A DNA stretch of 64,000 nucleotides from Bugula neritina (GCA_964035545.1 OZ037767.1:9992581-10056580), one strand, 5' to 3'. Numbered from the stretch's first letter, positions 41,646-53,679 are shown. The notes: generated from the letters alone by a model not told the origin. Numbers and translations are program-made.

Positions 41646-44147
41646 GTATATAAGTGCTAAGTCATGGCTAAGAATCTTGGCAAGACATCCTGTTACAATT
41701 ACTTCTGTACTACAACCAGAAACACAAACCATCTTGCCACATAGTGAAGGGCACTGAACTATAAAGAATATTCCAGTTCATTGGTGAAAAGTACAGTCAT
41801 TAGCTTGCCTATAAAAGGCTCATCACAATTGTGTTGGGTTAACACAAACCTGGGTGGAGATTTTGAGAAATCTCAGCAGCTTTTGTTAGCATTCTAGAAT
41901 AAGCAAGAGTTTGCATATTTCTAGCAATCAATTTTAAAATTGAAGTGCATTATTGGTATGTGAGTATTACTAATATAGCACAGTTAATTTCTAAAGCCCA
42001 AATAAAGTCTGATGGTGAACAGAAAGTGTTTAACTAACTATTTAACTCATATTATGATCAGTGGAAAGATATTTCGTGAGCATACAATTTGAATTAACAT
42101 TTTTTGGTGTGAAAGTGTTACTCCAGTGTAAATATAATTATAGTTTTCAATAAAGTCTAGTTTTAACAATATGTAAGCTGATTATGTTACTCTGAAAGCT
42201 GAAAAGTTATCCCTTAAGCTGGTTGCAATAAACTGCAGGCTGGTGTTTAGTGTGAATCTTCGTTGTGGTATCGTTATACTTATGTTTGCACCTACATCTT
42301 AGCCATCAGCCTTGGCTGTTAAACTCTGTATCTTTCCTCAACACAAATTTTAAAAGTACAGAGCTGCAGTAATACACTCACACATGTAGACATAACATTA
42401 AGCTACAAAACAAATAAATATGTTTGCCTATAGGGCTAGAAAGATACAATACAATGAATTTTATATTGAAAAGTAAATATTAGAGCAATTCCTTAATTAT
42501 GTTACTATATATATAGCAAAACCTGTTCATTAGAACATATTCTTACCTTCTTTTGCAGATTAAGAAAAAAAATTTCTTCCAATTCACATAACTAAGTTTA
42601 AATAAAATTATTAATTTGCATTCTATAAACAGGACGGAGGGAGGGGGAGGGGGGTGACCCTGACTATCTCTGCACCATACAACACTGCTGGCCTCACTGC
42701 AGTACTGTATAATTATATCTTTCCCTTCAACCTAGCTAACTCATTCCTGTCATATATATTGTCTAAGATTTTTCTCTTTCTCTTGTCATAACTCTGTAGA
42801 TCAAAGATACTTGAAATCTATAGCTCTAGACATTTCTTTTATATACATATTATAATAGGAGCTCCTTCTACCCGCCCAACCGCCCCCCATTTTTTCACAC
42901 ACAACTAACTACTAGGTCTTCAGTCTATTGATTCCCATTTCTCTGATTTCTAGTGTTTATCTCTACAGTTTCAGACTTGCCTTGGTCAGCTCTCTGTTCT
43001 TCTCACATATGAAACATTGCCATCCAGAAAACCATGTTTCATGAGCTTTATTTATTATTATGGTATCACATTTATGTCAGTAAAACTCATAATTTCGAAG
43101 ACCTTGTGCTATACATATAATATTTATATTGTCTTATATGGTATCTAGAAGAGCATGTATCAGTCTCATGATGGAAGACTCCAATAACCTAAAGGTTTCG
43201 TTTGCATTAATACAACTGAAATCATGCACTGAAGATGCAATTGGTTAATTTAAAATATGAAGTGATTATAATTATTTGGAAAATATATTACAAATAGCCT
43301 AGACAATTTTAATGTTTTTAGCTAACATCAAGATAATTTCTTTTACATGACATCTTAATCAATTCTTATAGGTTTTATATATGCTATTATGTTGCAGTGT
43401 TTAAATATGTATAAAAGATGCTATACATATTAGTAATACAAGTTTTTATTACATCATCATTTAATGCGCAGCCATAATAAAAGAATGTAACAGAAGAAAA
43501 TATTTTAAAAATGCTCAATGATAAATGAAGACATAAAGAATTGACTTGATACATTCTGATATAGATTGCGAATATTTACATAAATATAATTACGATGTTT
43601 TTGATAATTACATGCCTAGTGGCCTTTATTCTGGCCATTTTGTTTTTTATACGATAGTAAGTATTATATAACCTTATGTTTTGATAATACCAAAATATGC
43701 TATGCTGTCAATATAATATTTCAATGAAAGATGCGAACTGTTTTATTAAATGCAAAAAAAATGTTCCTTTTTGTTACTGACTCTTTTAAACACGGAAAAG
43801 CTCCAGTAACTTTTAGCTTTTCAATATTATAGTAATTTATGTAAGGTGTTAGCAAAATAATACTTTATACATTATATATGTGTAATGTTCTTAAAAAGTT
43901 TAACCAGTTGGAATGGTTGACTTTTACAGTGATCGTGAGATGAATCTGATGTCTGCTGATAATGTCTTCGAGACATCCTCTGCAGGTAATCAGCATGGTG
44001 ACCTGCAAGACCATCACACCTGTGCAGGTATTCTGCCCATCTCAGCTACACTCTACTTTCACTAACCATAGTTATGTCTCACAGTTAGTGTTCATACAGA
44101 CACAATTGCTTGCTCATGTCTTTGTATTCTCTGTTTATCAACTGCAG

Positions 44148-44815
44148 TGTCACTGAAGCGGTCAAACAGCTCTTTGAGTAGAAGCGTGTCAGTTGAGAGA
44201 ACCAGTGATACCGTTAGCTCGTCTCGCTACCGAAACCTCTCCACCGCATTTGATGACCTTGAGTTATCCTCCCCCCAGTCACCTACTAAACCCCATCTAC
44301 CGGAGAACTGTGTGCAGAAGTGGGCTGCTGAATCACTCATGGCTATTGACGAACTACATCAGTGTGGGCTTATATTACAGTATGTTCAGTGGATTCTTCT
44401 CTTTGTTGTATTCATATTTTATAATTGAACTTGAGTGATTATAATGAATAAATTAATTTTTGATAACATTCACCGTTACCATTCAGTGTTACAGCTCAAT
44501 GTTACTCCTCACTGTTACCTCTCAGTGTTACCCCTCAATGTTATTCCTCAGTGTTATTCTTCAGTGTTACTCTTCAGTGTTACTCCTCACTGTTACCTCT
44601 CAATGTCGCTCCTCACTGTTAATCCTCACTGTTACCCCTCAGTGTTACTCCTCAGTGTTCAGTGAATTTTGTAACGTATTCTTACAGTGACCTCAGACCA
44701 CACAACATACTTCTCAGTTCCCAAGGACAAATCACTCTCACATACTTCTGTCGATGGCCAGGGGTCCACCAGGAACTTTCCTTCAAAAGCAAAGAGCATT
44801 TTCACATTGCCCCAG
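44148..44815 (+). pseudogene. Duplicated RPS6KC1 exons 14+15, copy 1 (44148-44379, 44688-44815)
   Basis: Near-identical translation to parental 38348-38953; frame and splice sites intact. Confidence 0.85.
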
Positions 44816-45318
44816 GTGGGTGGTGCAGCTTGAATATTGCGTTTATATGTATGTGTAGCTGGTTTGAAGTAGAGGATACACTAATTATTGACTTCACTGT
44901 AGTATTGATGAACAATAACTGTGGGAAATACTGTTCTGTTGTCACACAGTGCCTTCTGCATTCTATCACATGCTTTGGGCTGCTCCGCTTGCAACTTCTT
45001 TTGTTATAGTTTACTAAGGGAAGTAAGCTATAGTATACTAAGGGAAGTAAGTTATAATATAGCCTGCTAAGGGAAGAAAGGTATAGTGTACTAAGGGAAG
45101 TAAGTTATACTATACTAAGGGAAGTAAGTTAAAGTATGCTAAGAGAAGTAAGTTATAGTATACTGGAAGAAGCAAGTTAACTAGTGTAAGTGGATTATAG
45201 TTTCCTAAAAGATGTTGCTATAGTTTTGTAGGAAAAGAAAGATATTGTGGAAAATAAACCAAATATTGGAGTTGCTTGCTCATGTCTTTGCATTTCTTTG
45301 TTTATTAACTCACTGCAG

Positions 45319-46050
45319 TGTCACTGAAGCGGTCAAACAGCTCTTTGAGTAGAAGCGTGTCAGTTGAGAGAACCAGTGATACAGTTAGCTCATCCCGCCA
45401 CCGAAACCTCTCCACCGCATTTGATGACCTTGAGTTATCCTCCCCCCAGTCACCTACTAAACCCCATCTACCGGAGAACTGTGTGCAGAAGTGGGCTGCT
45501 GAATTACTTATGGCTATTGACGAACTACATCAGTGTGGACTTGTATTACAGTATGTTCAGTGGATTCTTCTCTTTGTTGTATTCATATTTTATAATTGAA
45601 CTTGAGTGATTATAATGAATAAATTAATTTTTGATAACATTCACGTTGCCATTCAGTATTACAGCTCAATGTTACTCCTCACTGTTACCTCTCAGTGTTA
45701 CCCCTCAATGTTATTCCCCAGTGTTATTCTTCAGTGTTACTCTTCAGTGTTACTCCTCACTGTTACCTCTCAATGTCGCTCCTCACTGTTAATCCTCACT
45801 GTTACTCCTCAGTGTTACTCCTCACTGTTATTCTTCAGTGTTACCACTCAATGTTACTCCTCAGTGTTACCCCTCAATGTTGCTCCTCAGTGTTCAGTGG
45901 ATTTTGTAACGTATTCTTACAGTGACCTCAGACCACACAACATACTTCTCAGTTCCCAAGGACAAATCACTCTCACATACTTCTGTCGATGGCCAGGGGT
46001 TCACCAGGAACTTTCCTCCAAAAGCAAAGAGCATTTTCACATTGCCCCAG
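45319..46050 (+). pseudogene. Duplicated RPS6KC1 exons 14+15, copy 2 (45319-45550, 45923-46050)
   Basis: As for copy 1; no stops. Confidence 0.85.
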
Positions 46051-46295
46051 GTGGGTGGTGCAGCTTGAATATTGCGTTTATATGTATGTGTAGCTGGTTT
46101 GAAGTAGAGGATACACTAATTATTGACTTCACTGTAGTATTGGTGAACAATAACTGTGGGAAATACTGTTCTGTTGTCACACAGTGCCTTCTGCATTCTA
46201 TCACATGCTTTGGGCTGCTCCGCTTGCAACTTCTTTTGTTATAGTTTACTAAGGGAAGTAAGCTATAGTATACTAAGGGAAGTAAGTTATAATAT

Positions 46296-46577
46296 TGTTG
46301 TGCGGAGCACAATGTTTGTGTGGGGTTCTAGTGAGCAATATGCATCTAGTCACAAGCAGTTCACTGGTAGTTTCGTGTGTGTAAGACTTTATTATAAAAT
46401 TATACAATATGGCGTAAAAATCTCTATAAGTATAAGTACAGTATCACTTATCATCACGGCAAGTATACGCTAACTAACTAACTATAAATTGTCCACTTGG
46501 CTTCATCCAATAACTGCCAATCACTCCCTGATTGGCAGGGGGGAATACGCATGAGGCGTAAGCCACGCCCCATTACA
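46296..46577 (-). repeat. 3' LTR of copy A (282 bp)
   Basis: One substitution versus 53398-53679; preceded on the element strand by the PPT GGGGGGGCGG (46578-46587). Confidence 0.97.
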
Positions 46578-46894
46578 CCGCCCCCCCAGCAGGAAGCATA
46601 CCTTCCTGATATACACCCAACAATAAAATCAAAAAAATAAACTTTGCTACATAAAACAAAACCAAAAAAAAATATAAAATCCGAATGGCAGGTATGACAC
46701 ACTATTGAGCAGACTTAATTTGACATAAGAAAAATATAATAGTAATATAACAGAACAACATAATCACAGGTACGGAGATCGTGCAACACCGGCTAGAGAC
46801 AGTCCAAGGAGGGGATTAGAACGGAGAGGGAGAGTTTGTCACCACCTGCAGGTGTGGATAGTCAGAGGAGTAAAGAGGGAGGGTACCGTTACTA

Positions 46895-48043
46895 TCAGTC
46901 ATGGTCGCCCCGTTTAAGGAGGGCCAGGGAAGCTTTAAGGGTCTTCATCTCGGAGGCGGCTGCGGCAACTCTGGGGCTTAGCCGTTGAATCTCCGCTTCT
47001 AAATCGTACATGCGGAGCTCGACTTCTTTTATATTGCGATCTGTAGGGGGCTGCCGTTTTGGGGAGGAGGGTTTCCATCGCCGTTTAGAGGGGGTTGCAT
47101 AGGAGTGGGAGAAGGGGAACGTCGTTTCGGAGGTATCTCCACTCTGTGAAGTAGGACTCGAGGCAGGGTGGAAGGACGAGGTACAGTCTGTGCGGGAGGA
47201 GAGTGAGGTGGCTTGGTTGGTTTCTTCTGTCTGGGGGGTCTTGGGCACGGTCCATGAGTGATGAGGCGAGGTGAGGGGAATCCGTGTTTGAGTCGTTCGA
47301 AGCGGGGAAGATCCTTGATGAAAGGCTTGATCAGATTGAGAAAGGTGGGGAAGTTGTGTTTGTCTACATCGTACAAGTGTCCCACATGGCAGTCCATAGT
47401 GTGCTGGTGTCTGAGAATGTAGTCCCTGTGGTAACTATATTCACCACAGGGACAGAGAGTAGTTAGGAAGTGTTGCGGCACGTGGACGCGCAAACGGCGA
47501 TGGGTGGAAAAGTGCTGCTGACACAGCCTGCAGGTGGTGTATCCGTCATGGCCGCAGTGCAGTTGAATTAGTTTCTCTGTCTCTGATGCGACCCAGCTAT
47601 GTCGGTTGAGTAGTACGTCTGGTAGGGATGTGGGGGGTGTCTCGCTGTTCCAGGCCAGTTCTAATGGTGGCATATCTCCGTAGTCAGGAGAGCGAGTGGC
47701 GTCTAAAAGAGCAGAATTATTGTTAGATCGAGTTTGATCTTTACAGCATAATTCTGATGACAATCGACTGTTACTAGTCTGAGAGTCATGCATCTTTTTA
47801 TACGGCACTCGAGAGACTGTGTCAGGACGTGTAAACTGACTGAGAGACATAGTATTAAGCTCCAGATCTAGTAGATCGTCCGCCATTACTACGTTCTCGT
47901 CGTCATTCACGTGTGACTCTGTCTCCAGTAACTGTGATTCAATCAGATCGATTAAATCAGAGTTGACTGAGGTGAGATCTATTTCCATTAGTGGAGTGTT
48001 AGATCTAAGCAAGCTTACCTGAGAACTCAGTATTTATACTCAT
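46895..48043 (-). CDS. Accessory ORF3 of copy A: C2H2 zinc-finger / coiled-coil protein (1-bp frameshift near 47090); putative intron 48018-47703
   Basis: CRLCQQHFSTHRRLRVHVPQH (C-x2-C-x12-H-x3-H), CPCGEYSYHRDYILRHQHTMDC, a Pro/Lys/Arg-rich region and C-terminal heptads IKEVELRMYDLEAEIQRL...LKASLALL. Same sense as pol; also present in copy B. Confidence 0.75.
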
Positions 48044-48073
48044 ACTCGACGTTCAAGCTTGGATGCAGATGGA

Positions 48074-51000
48074 TTAGAAAGCACGTCTACTCTTGACCGC
48101 GTCGGCGTAGGAAAAGGCTGGGCAGCGTGTTTGTTGTGCGAGACCGGAAATGTGTGCCCGGAGAGTGGTAATTCCACTCGCTATTCCGTTTTCGCAAAAC
48201 TTGGTTTTTCCGTGGTGTTCATAACTCCCACGCTTTGCTGCCAGCCCTTCCGTACGGCGCCCAGCTGGACTTTCATGCCTGCCGCTTGTAATGCGGTCGC
48301 ATACGAAGTCCTGAAGATAAGCTGGGGGTCTTCTAGTACGTTGTCCCCTGTCAAGGGGGGGAGATGTACTAGTGGTAGACGTCGGGGAAGGTGGTGTAAC
48401 TGGTGAGGGAGGTGGTGTACTCACCAGTGGGTTGTTATTTTCCACTGGTGGTATTTCCTGCCTCCCGTCAGCCGTTATTCTTTCTTCTCCTCTGTTCTCT
48501 CCGGACGGAGCCCCTCCCGTGTGGGGGTTTTGCACTTCCGGAAGCACTCCTATTTCCGGAAGTGGAGGTGGCAGCCCTGGGGTCGAACGGCTTGGCTCTG
48601 GAGGCAGACGGTGTGGCCCCGTTGGGGGGGGGGTGGCCTCTCTTGCCTCGCCAAGTCTTCAGTCCGTGGCACTACCCACTCATCATTGGGTGTATGCCGC
48701 CGCCGCCCGCGCATTGTCATCTGCCTCCTGGGCTCTAACAATGGGGGGGCACCCCCAGCCGCACCTGGGCTAGCCCAATAGGGTTTCAAGCGGGCTTCAT
48801 TCTGGACAGATATTTGTCCAGACCGCTCCAGCTTGTAAGTGTGATTGGGCATCACCTCAACTGCCACGTAGGGTCCTACAAACTTAGGCTGTAGTTTAGC
48901 CGCCTGTCCCCGACGCCTACGGTAGTTGATCATCCAGACCCAGTCTCCGGTTTGGTAGAGGGGTGGCTCATCAGCGTCTTCCTGTCGCACCTGCCACTGC
49001 TTGTCCCGCAGTATTTCGTGTGCGACTTTCAGACGCTCTGCCACTTCCCCAGCGTACTCGTGGACAGAGTATTCTGGTTCTGGAATGTGATAGGCGAGGT
49101 GGTCGGGCACTCGTGTCTCACGACCGAAAGTCAAGAGGTTGGGGGTCTCGCCGGTGCTGGTATGGGGCGTACTGCGATACGCCCTCATAACCTGTGGCAA
49201 CTCGAGATCCCATTCCTCCTGGCCTCGGCCTAGTAGTAGACTACGGAGTGCGTCGCCCAGCATCCGGTTGTTGCGTTCGACCACTCCGTTGCCTTGGGGG
49301 TGGTATGGAGTGGTCCTACTTTGGTTTACTCCCCAGAGGCGGCAGAGGTCGCTCATCAGTTGAGACTGAAATTGCGACCCCTGGTCCGAGTGTAGTTGCT
49401 CGGGTAGCCCAAAGTAGCAGAATACGCGCTGGTCTAGTGTGTTGGCCACTGTCAGGCCAGACGCGTCTGGGATAGCCAGTGCGTCTGCCCACCTAGTGAA
49501 GTGGTCGGTCAACACTAGGATCCAGCTGTTTCCTCTGGGGGTGAGAGGCATGGGTCCGACCAAGTCAACAGCTACCACCTGCCAGGGCCTGCCAGCATAG
49601 AGCCTACGCCGCCCCGCCTCCCTAGGAAGGCGGCCATGCTTGCTGGCCTGGCAGACTTCGCCTTGTTTGATCCTTAGTCGGACGTCACGCTCCATTTGGG
49701 GCCAATACCACCGGAGCCTTAGCTTGGTAAGCACCCTCCGAATTCCGGCGTGAGCCTGTCGGTGAGTGTCCCATACTAGCTCCCGGCGCATGGCGGCTGG
49801 GCAGATCACCCTTTCACGACCAGGGTGTCCCTGGTCGGCGGCCAAAGTGATGGTCAGCAGACCATCTGGCCCGATCCGCAGGGAGTCCCAGCGTTGGCAG
49901 TACAGCCGTAACTCGGCGCACCCCTGCCGCAGCTGTTCTTCGCTGGGTCGGCGCCCTTCCCGCTTAGCTCGATATACGTCGGCTACCACCCCAGGGAGGT
50001 CCTCCTGGAGTTTCTGTAGTTCTTTGACATTACGAGCTAAGACAGGATTGGCGCGGAGGTTGTTGACAGCCTCCGGTGGGTCAGGACTCCTTGGCTTGAG
50101 CTGACCTTGGTCCCAGTCGTAGCTCACTCCAGGGTGATCCAGTGCCACTAACTCGGATCTTGGGGGACCCCGGTCCCTTCTCTCGATGTTGTGACACTGC
50201 TTGCACCCCTCGTCCGGCCGCCGACTCAGTCCGTCCGCATTGCCGTGTTTCTTACCGGGTCGATGTTCGATCCGGTATGAAAACTCGGCCAGGACTTCGA
50301 GCCATCGGGCGACTTGACTGGACGGTTCAGCCCTCTTACACAGCCAGATCAAAGAGGCGTAGTCCGTCCGCAAGCGCAACGGCCTACCGTAGAGATAAGG
50401 CCGGAAGTGTTTCACTGACTTGATTACTGCCAACAACTCTTTGCGAGTGGTGCAGTAATTGCGTTCTGGAGGTGAGAGTGATTTGCTGTAGTAAGCTACG
50501 ACTACTTCACGGCCCTCTTGCACTTGCGACAGCACAGCACCAACGTTCTGGTCACTGGCGTCTGTGTCAAGGATATATTCCAGAGCGGGGTCTGGGTAGG
50601 CCAGAATTGGAGCCTCTAGTAAGCGGCTTTTGAGACTGTCGAATGCCCTCTGCTCGGCGGGTGTCCACTGCCAGGCCACCCCCTTTGCGGTGAGCCGATT
50701 TAACGGCTGTGCAACTCCCGCAAAGTCTGGTATGTACTGTCTGTAATACCCTACCAGCCCCAGGAAAGCCCGGAGTCCGGTCAAGTCCTGGGGGGTGACC
50801 CAGTCGGCCACAGCCCGCACCTTATCAGGGTCCGTCGCCACGCCATTACGGCCGACTACGTGCCCCAGGTACTTCACCTCCGGCTGCAATAGAGCGCACT
50901 TGGAAGGTTTAAGCTTGAGGCCGGCACCTCGGAGTCGTTCGAAGACCTCCCTCAGACGACTGATGTGGGTTGTAAAGTCTGGGGGAGATCACGATGACGT

Positions 51001-53380
51001 CGTCGAGGTAGACGAGCAGCGTCTTCCAGTGGAGGCCGCTGAGGACCTGTTCCATGAGCCGCTGGAAGGTGGCCGGGGCAGAGGTTAACCTGAAAGGCAG
51101 CACCTTCCACTTCCACAGCCCGTCCCTGGTGATGAACGCCGCTTTTTCCTGGGCGTCGGGACTGAGGGGGACTTGCCAGTAACCGCTCAGCAAGTCTAAA
51201 GTACTGAAGTACTTGCTGCCGGCCAAGGCGTCCAGGGATTCATCGATCTGAGGTAGAGGGTAGGCGTCCTGTATGGTTACGCTGTTAAGTTTGCGGTAAT
51301 CCACACAGAACCGCCAACTGCCGTCTTTCTTCCGGACCAGGACGACCGGCGAGCTCCATGCACTATGTGCAGGCTCTACGATGCCACAGTCCCGAAGATC
51401 CCGGACTTGTCGGCTGACCTCCTTCTCTTTCTCGGGTCCCAGTCTCCGGGTAGGTTGGCGGACGGGCAGAGTCCCGGCAGCTAGCGGTATCTCGTGACAG
51501 ATGGCTTTGGTTAAGCCCATGTCCCGGTCTCCGCTGCTGAACACGTCCCCATACTGGCGCAACAACTGGGCCATAACCTGGCGCTCCTTGTTGCCCGCAC
51601 AGCCCTCACAGGCCGACTGGTATAGTTCCTGTACGTGTTCCGGGACGGTCCCCCGCCGCATAGGCAGGCGCTCTTGGGGACTCTCCGTCGCTTCGCCCAG
51701 CGAAGGTCCTATGTCTCCCTCTCGGACCGTGTGGAAACGGCCCAATAGGGATCCAGACGGTAGTGTCACTGACTCTGAAAAGGGGTTGACGCACTGCACC
51801 AAGATCTTCCCCGGTCAGTCAGCCGGTTTAGGCTGCTGGCGAGTTGGACCTTCTGGTGTGTTCCTTCGACAACCCCTAGTCCAGAGAGCTGGCGGTCATT
51901 CACTCTGCAGTGAATGGTCGCCCGGGAGCGGCCGGGTACTGTACAGTTACGGACCACCTGCACGCCCCCGACCAGGGAACGACCGAACTTGTCGACACAA
52001 GAAAGCTCCCGGCCTGCCATTAGCATGGCGGACTTATGGAAGTCCATGTGGCACTGGTGTCGTTTCAAGAACGCCAGCTGGCTGAGGATGAATGTTTCTT
52101 GGATGGCCTGGTCGCGGACGCGACCAGGCAGCTCTACAACACCGTAGAAAGGGATACGCGACCCGTCTGCGAGGGTGCCAGGTTCCCCGGTGTAGGGAGC
52201 TAACCCCTTCCTCACCTGGGCAGGGAGGGCATCGAAGACTCGCCGACTGAGGAGATTCGTGTTGCAACCGGAGTCCAGCAAAAACGTAACAGCCTTGCCG
52301 GCTACCTTCCCGGGCAGAAAGTAGCTTTCTCCATGTGGTTGCAACCTTACTTCCCCAGCCTGCGTAGCCTCGGTCAAACGGCGTGGTGTCCGTTTAGTGG
52401 TAGGTGGGCGCTGCTTTTTCGGCGGAGGGGTGTTTAGTTCCCTTCCGATGTCTCTAGGGACCTCGCCAGTCAGCTCCGTCTCCGGTAGCTGGCTAAAGCG
52501 GTTGGTGAGTGGTAGTATGAACGGCTCCCGTCGCCCAGTAGGGCGGGCGGTCCGTCGTGGTTTCTGCCATACCTGGGGTTGTTCTCTCTTCCTGGGTTGG
52601 AGGTTTCGGGGGCGGAGAGGCCCTGGCTGGTTGTTGCTCTCACTCCGGGCAGTCTCCCTCTTTCGTCCCTGGTTGGGCGGCCCGGTATTGGTAAGAGTCT
52701 TGGCCATCTGCTTCAGCCTGGTACTCAGTCGGCTTATCTTCCCTCTGAGTGATTGGGTTGTCTCTGTGGTGACTTGTGCGCTTTCTGGTTTCCTTGCATG
52801 TAACCGTTCTGCCCGGAGGTAGTCTTCTCTGACTTGCAGGGCACTTTCTAAAGTGGTCACTCCCTTTGCCTGTAGCTGATGGCAAAGACCCACCCACATC
52901 TGTTAGGGATTGCATAAAGTCAATGAGAGTAAAGTTCCGTCCGTGTGCTTCTGGCAGGTCACTGTACGCGCTCCGCGCCAGCCTCTTTACTAAGGCAACG
53001 TGGTCGCGGAGCGGAGTGCCTTCCGCCTGGCGTAGTGCTTGTAGACGGGCTCTGGCTTCCAGAGCGGGGGTGCCAAAACAGCTCCGTAGTGTAGTGAATA
53101 TTTCCGCCACGCTCCGTCCTTGTCTAAACGGTCTAGCGCGCTCCGTCAATACTTCCCGCAGCTTGACGAGGGTTATTTGTGGCGGCCATTGAGCGACATT
53201 TGCTACATCATGGAATTCTTCAATGAACTGCTCTACGTCTTCTACACCCGTGAAGGTGGGAGCGGTCAGTTTATTTCTATACACCTCCTCCATATGTAAG
53301 AAACTGGCTGGCTTACCTCCCGGGTGCTTCGTTGTGTACTCTATCATATTCTCCGTCTCTTCATTGTCTCGTTTTGGCAT
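48074..53380 (-). pseudogene. gag-pol of copy A, interrupted by several frameshifts and a 24-bp protease deletion
   Basis: Gag APTFTGVEDVEQFIEEF..W; protease FLLDSGC; RT WRFCVDYRKLN, YLDD; RNase H DTDAS...KHGNADGLSR; integrase H-H zinc region, VDLVGP, SDQGSQF, GNGVVERNN, KFVGPY. Confidence 0.95.
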
Positions 53381-53396
53381 CCCACCGCTGCCACCA
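53379..53396 (-). promoter_or_regulatory. Primer binding site complementary to the tRNA-Leu 3' end (copy A)
   Basis: TGGTGGCAGCGGTGGGAT, 1 nt after the 5' LTR; it matches the ...ATCCCACCGCTGCCA-CCA end of animal tRNA-Leu(AAG/TAG). Confidence 0.88.
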
Positions 53397-53397
53397 C

Positions 53398-53679
53398 TGT
53401 TGTGCGGAGCACAATGTTTGTGTGGGGTTCTAGTGAGCAATATGCATCTAGTCACAAGCAGTTCACTGGTAGTTTCGTGTGTGTAAGACTTTATTATAAA
53501 ATTATACAATATGGCGTAAAAATCTCTATAAGTATAAGTACAGTATCACTTATCATCACGGCAAGTATACGCTAACTAACTAACTATAAATTGTCCACTT
53601 GGCTTCATCCAATAACTGCCAATCACTCCCTGATTGGCAGGGGGGAATACGCATGAGGCGTAAGCTACGCCCCATTACA
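53398..53679 (-). repeat. 5' LTR of copy A (282 bp)
   Basis: Direct repeat of 46296-46577; adjacent to the PBS. Confidence 0.97.

Larger units (their letters stand above)
46296..53679 (-). mobile_element. Ty3/Gypsy LTR retrotransposon, copy A (7384 bp), full length but frameshifted
   Basis: 282-bp TG...CA LTRs, ATAT target-site duplication relative to empty units (GTTATAATATAGCC), PBS, PPT, and gag-PR-RT-RNaseH-IN order. Confidence 0.98.

Noticed and set aside
46895-48012. ORF3 as an envelope gene
   Set aside because: No signal peptide, hydrophobic fusion peptide or transmembrane anchor is visible; zinc-finger and NLS-like features argue for a nuclear protein.
53398-53509. Gag ORF apparently starting inside the LTR (TTG start)
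   Set aside because: Non-ATG start. The ATG overlapping the PBS in copy A is ATT in copy B, so the real start is probably MIEY or MEEVY.
48059-53575. Many plus-strand ORFs antisense to gag-pol (and equivalents at 56901-62394)
   Set aside because: Shadow ORFs of GC-rich coding DNA, with no recognisable motifs.
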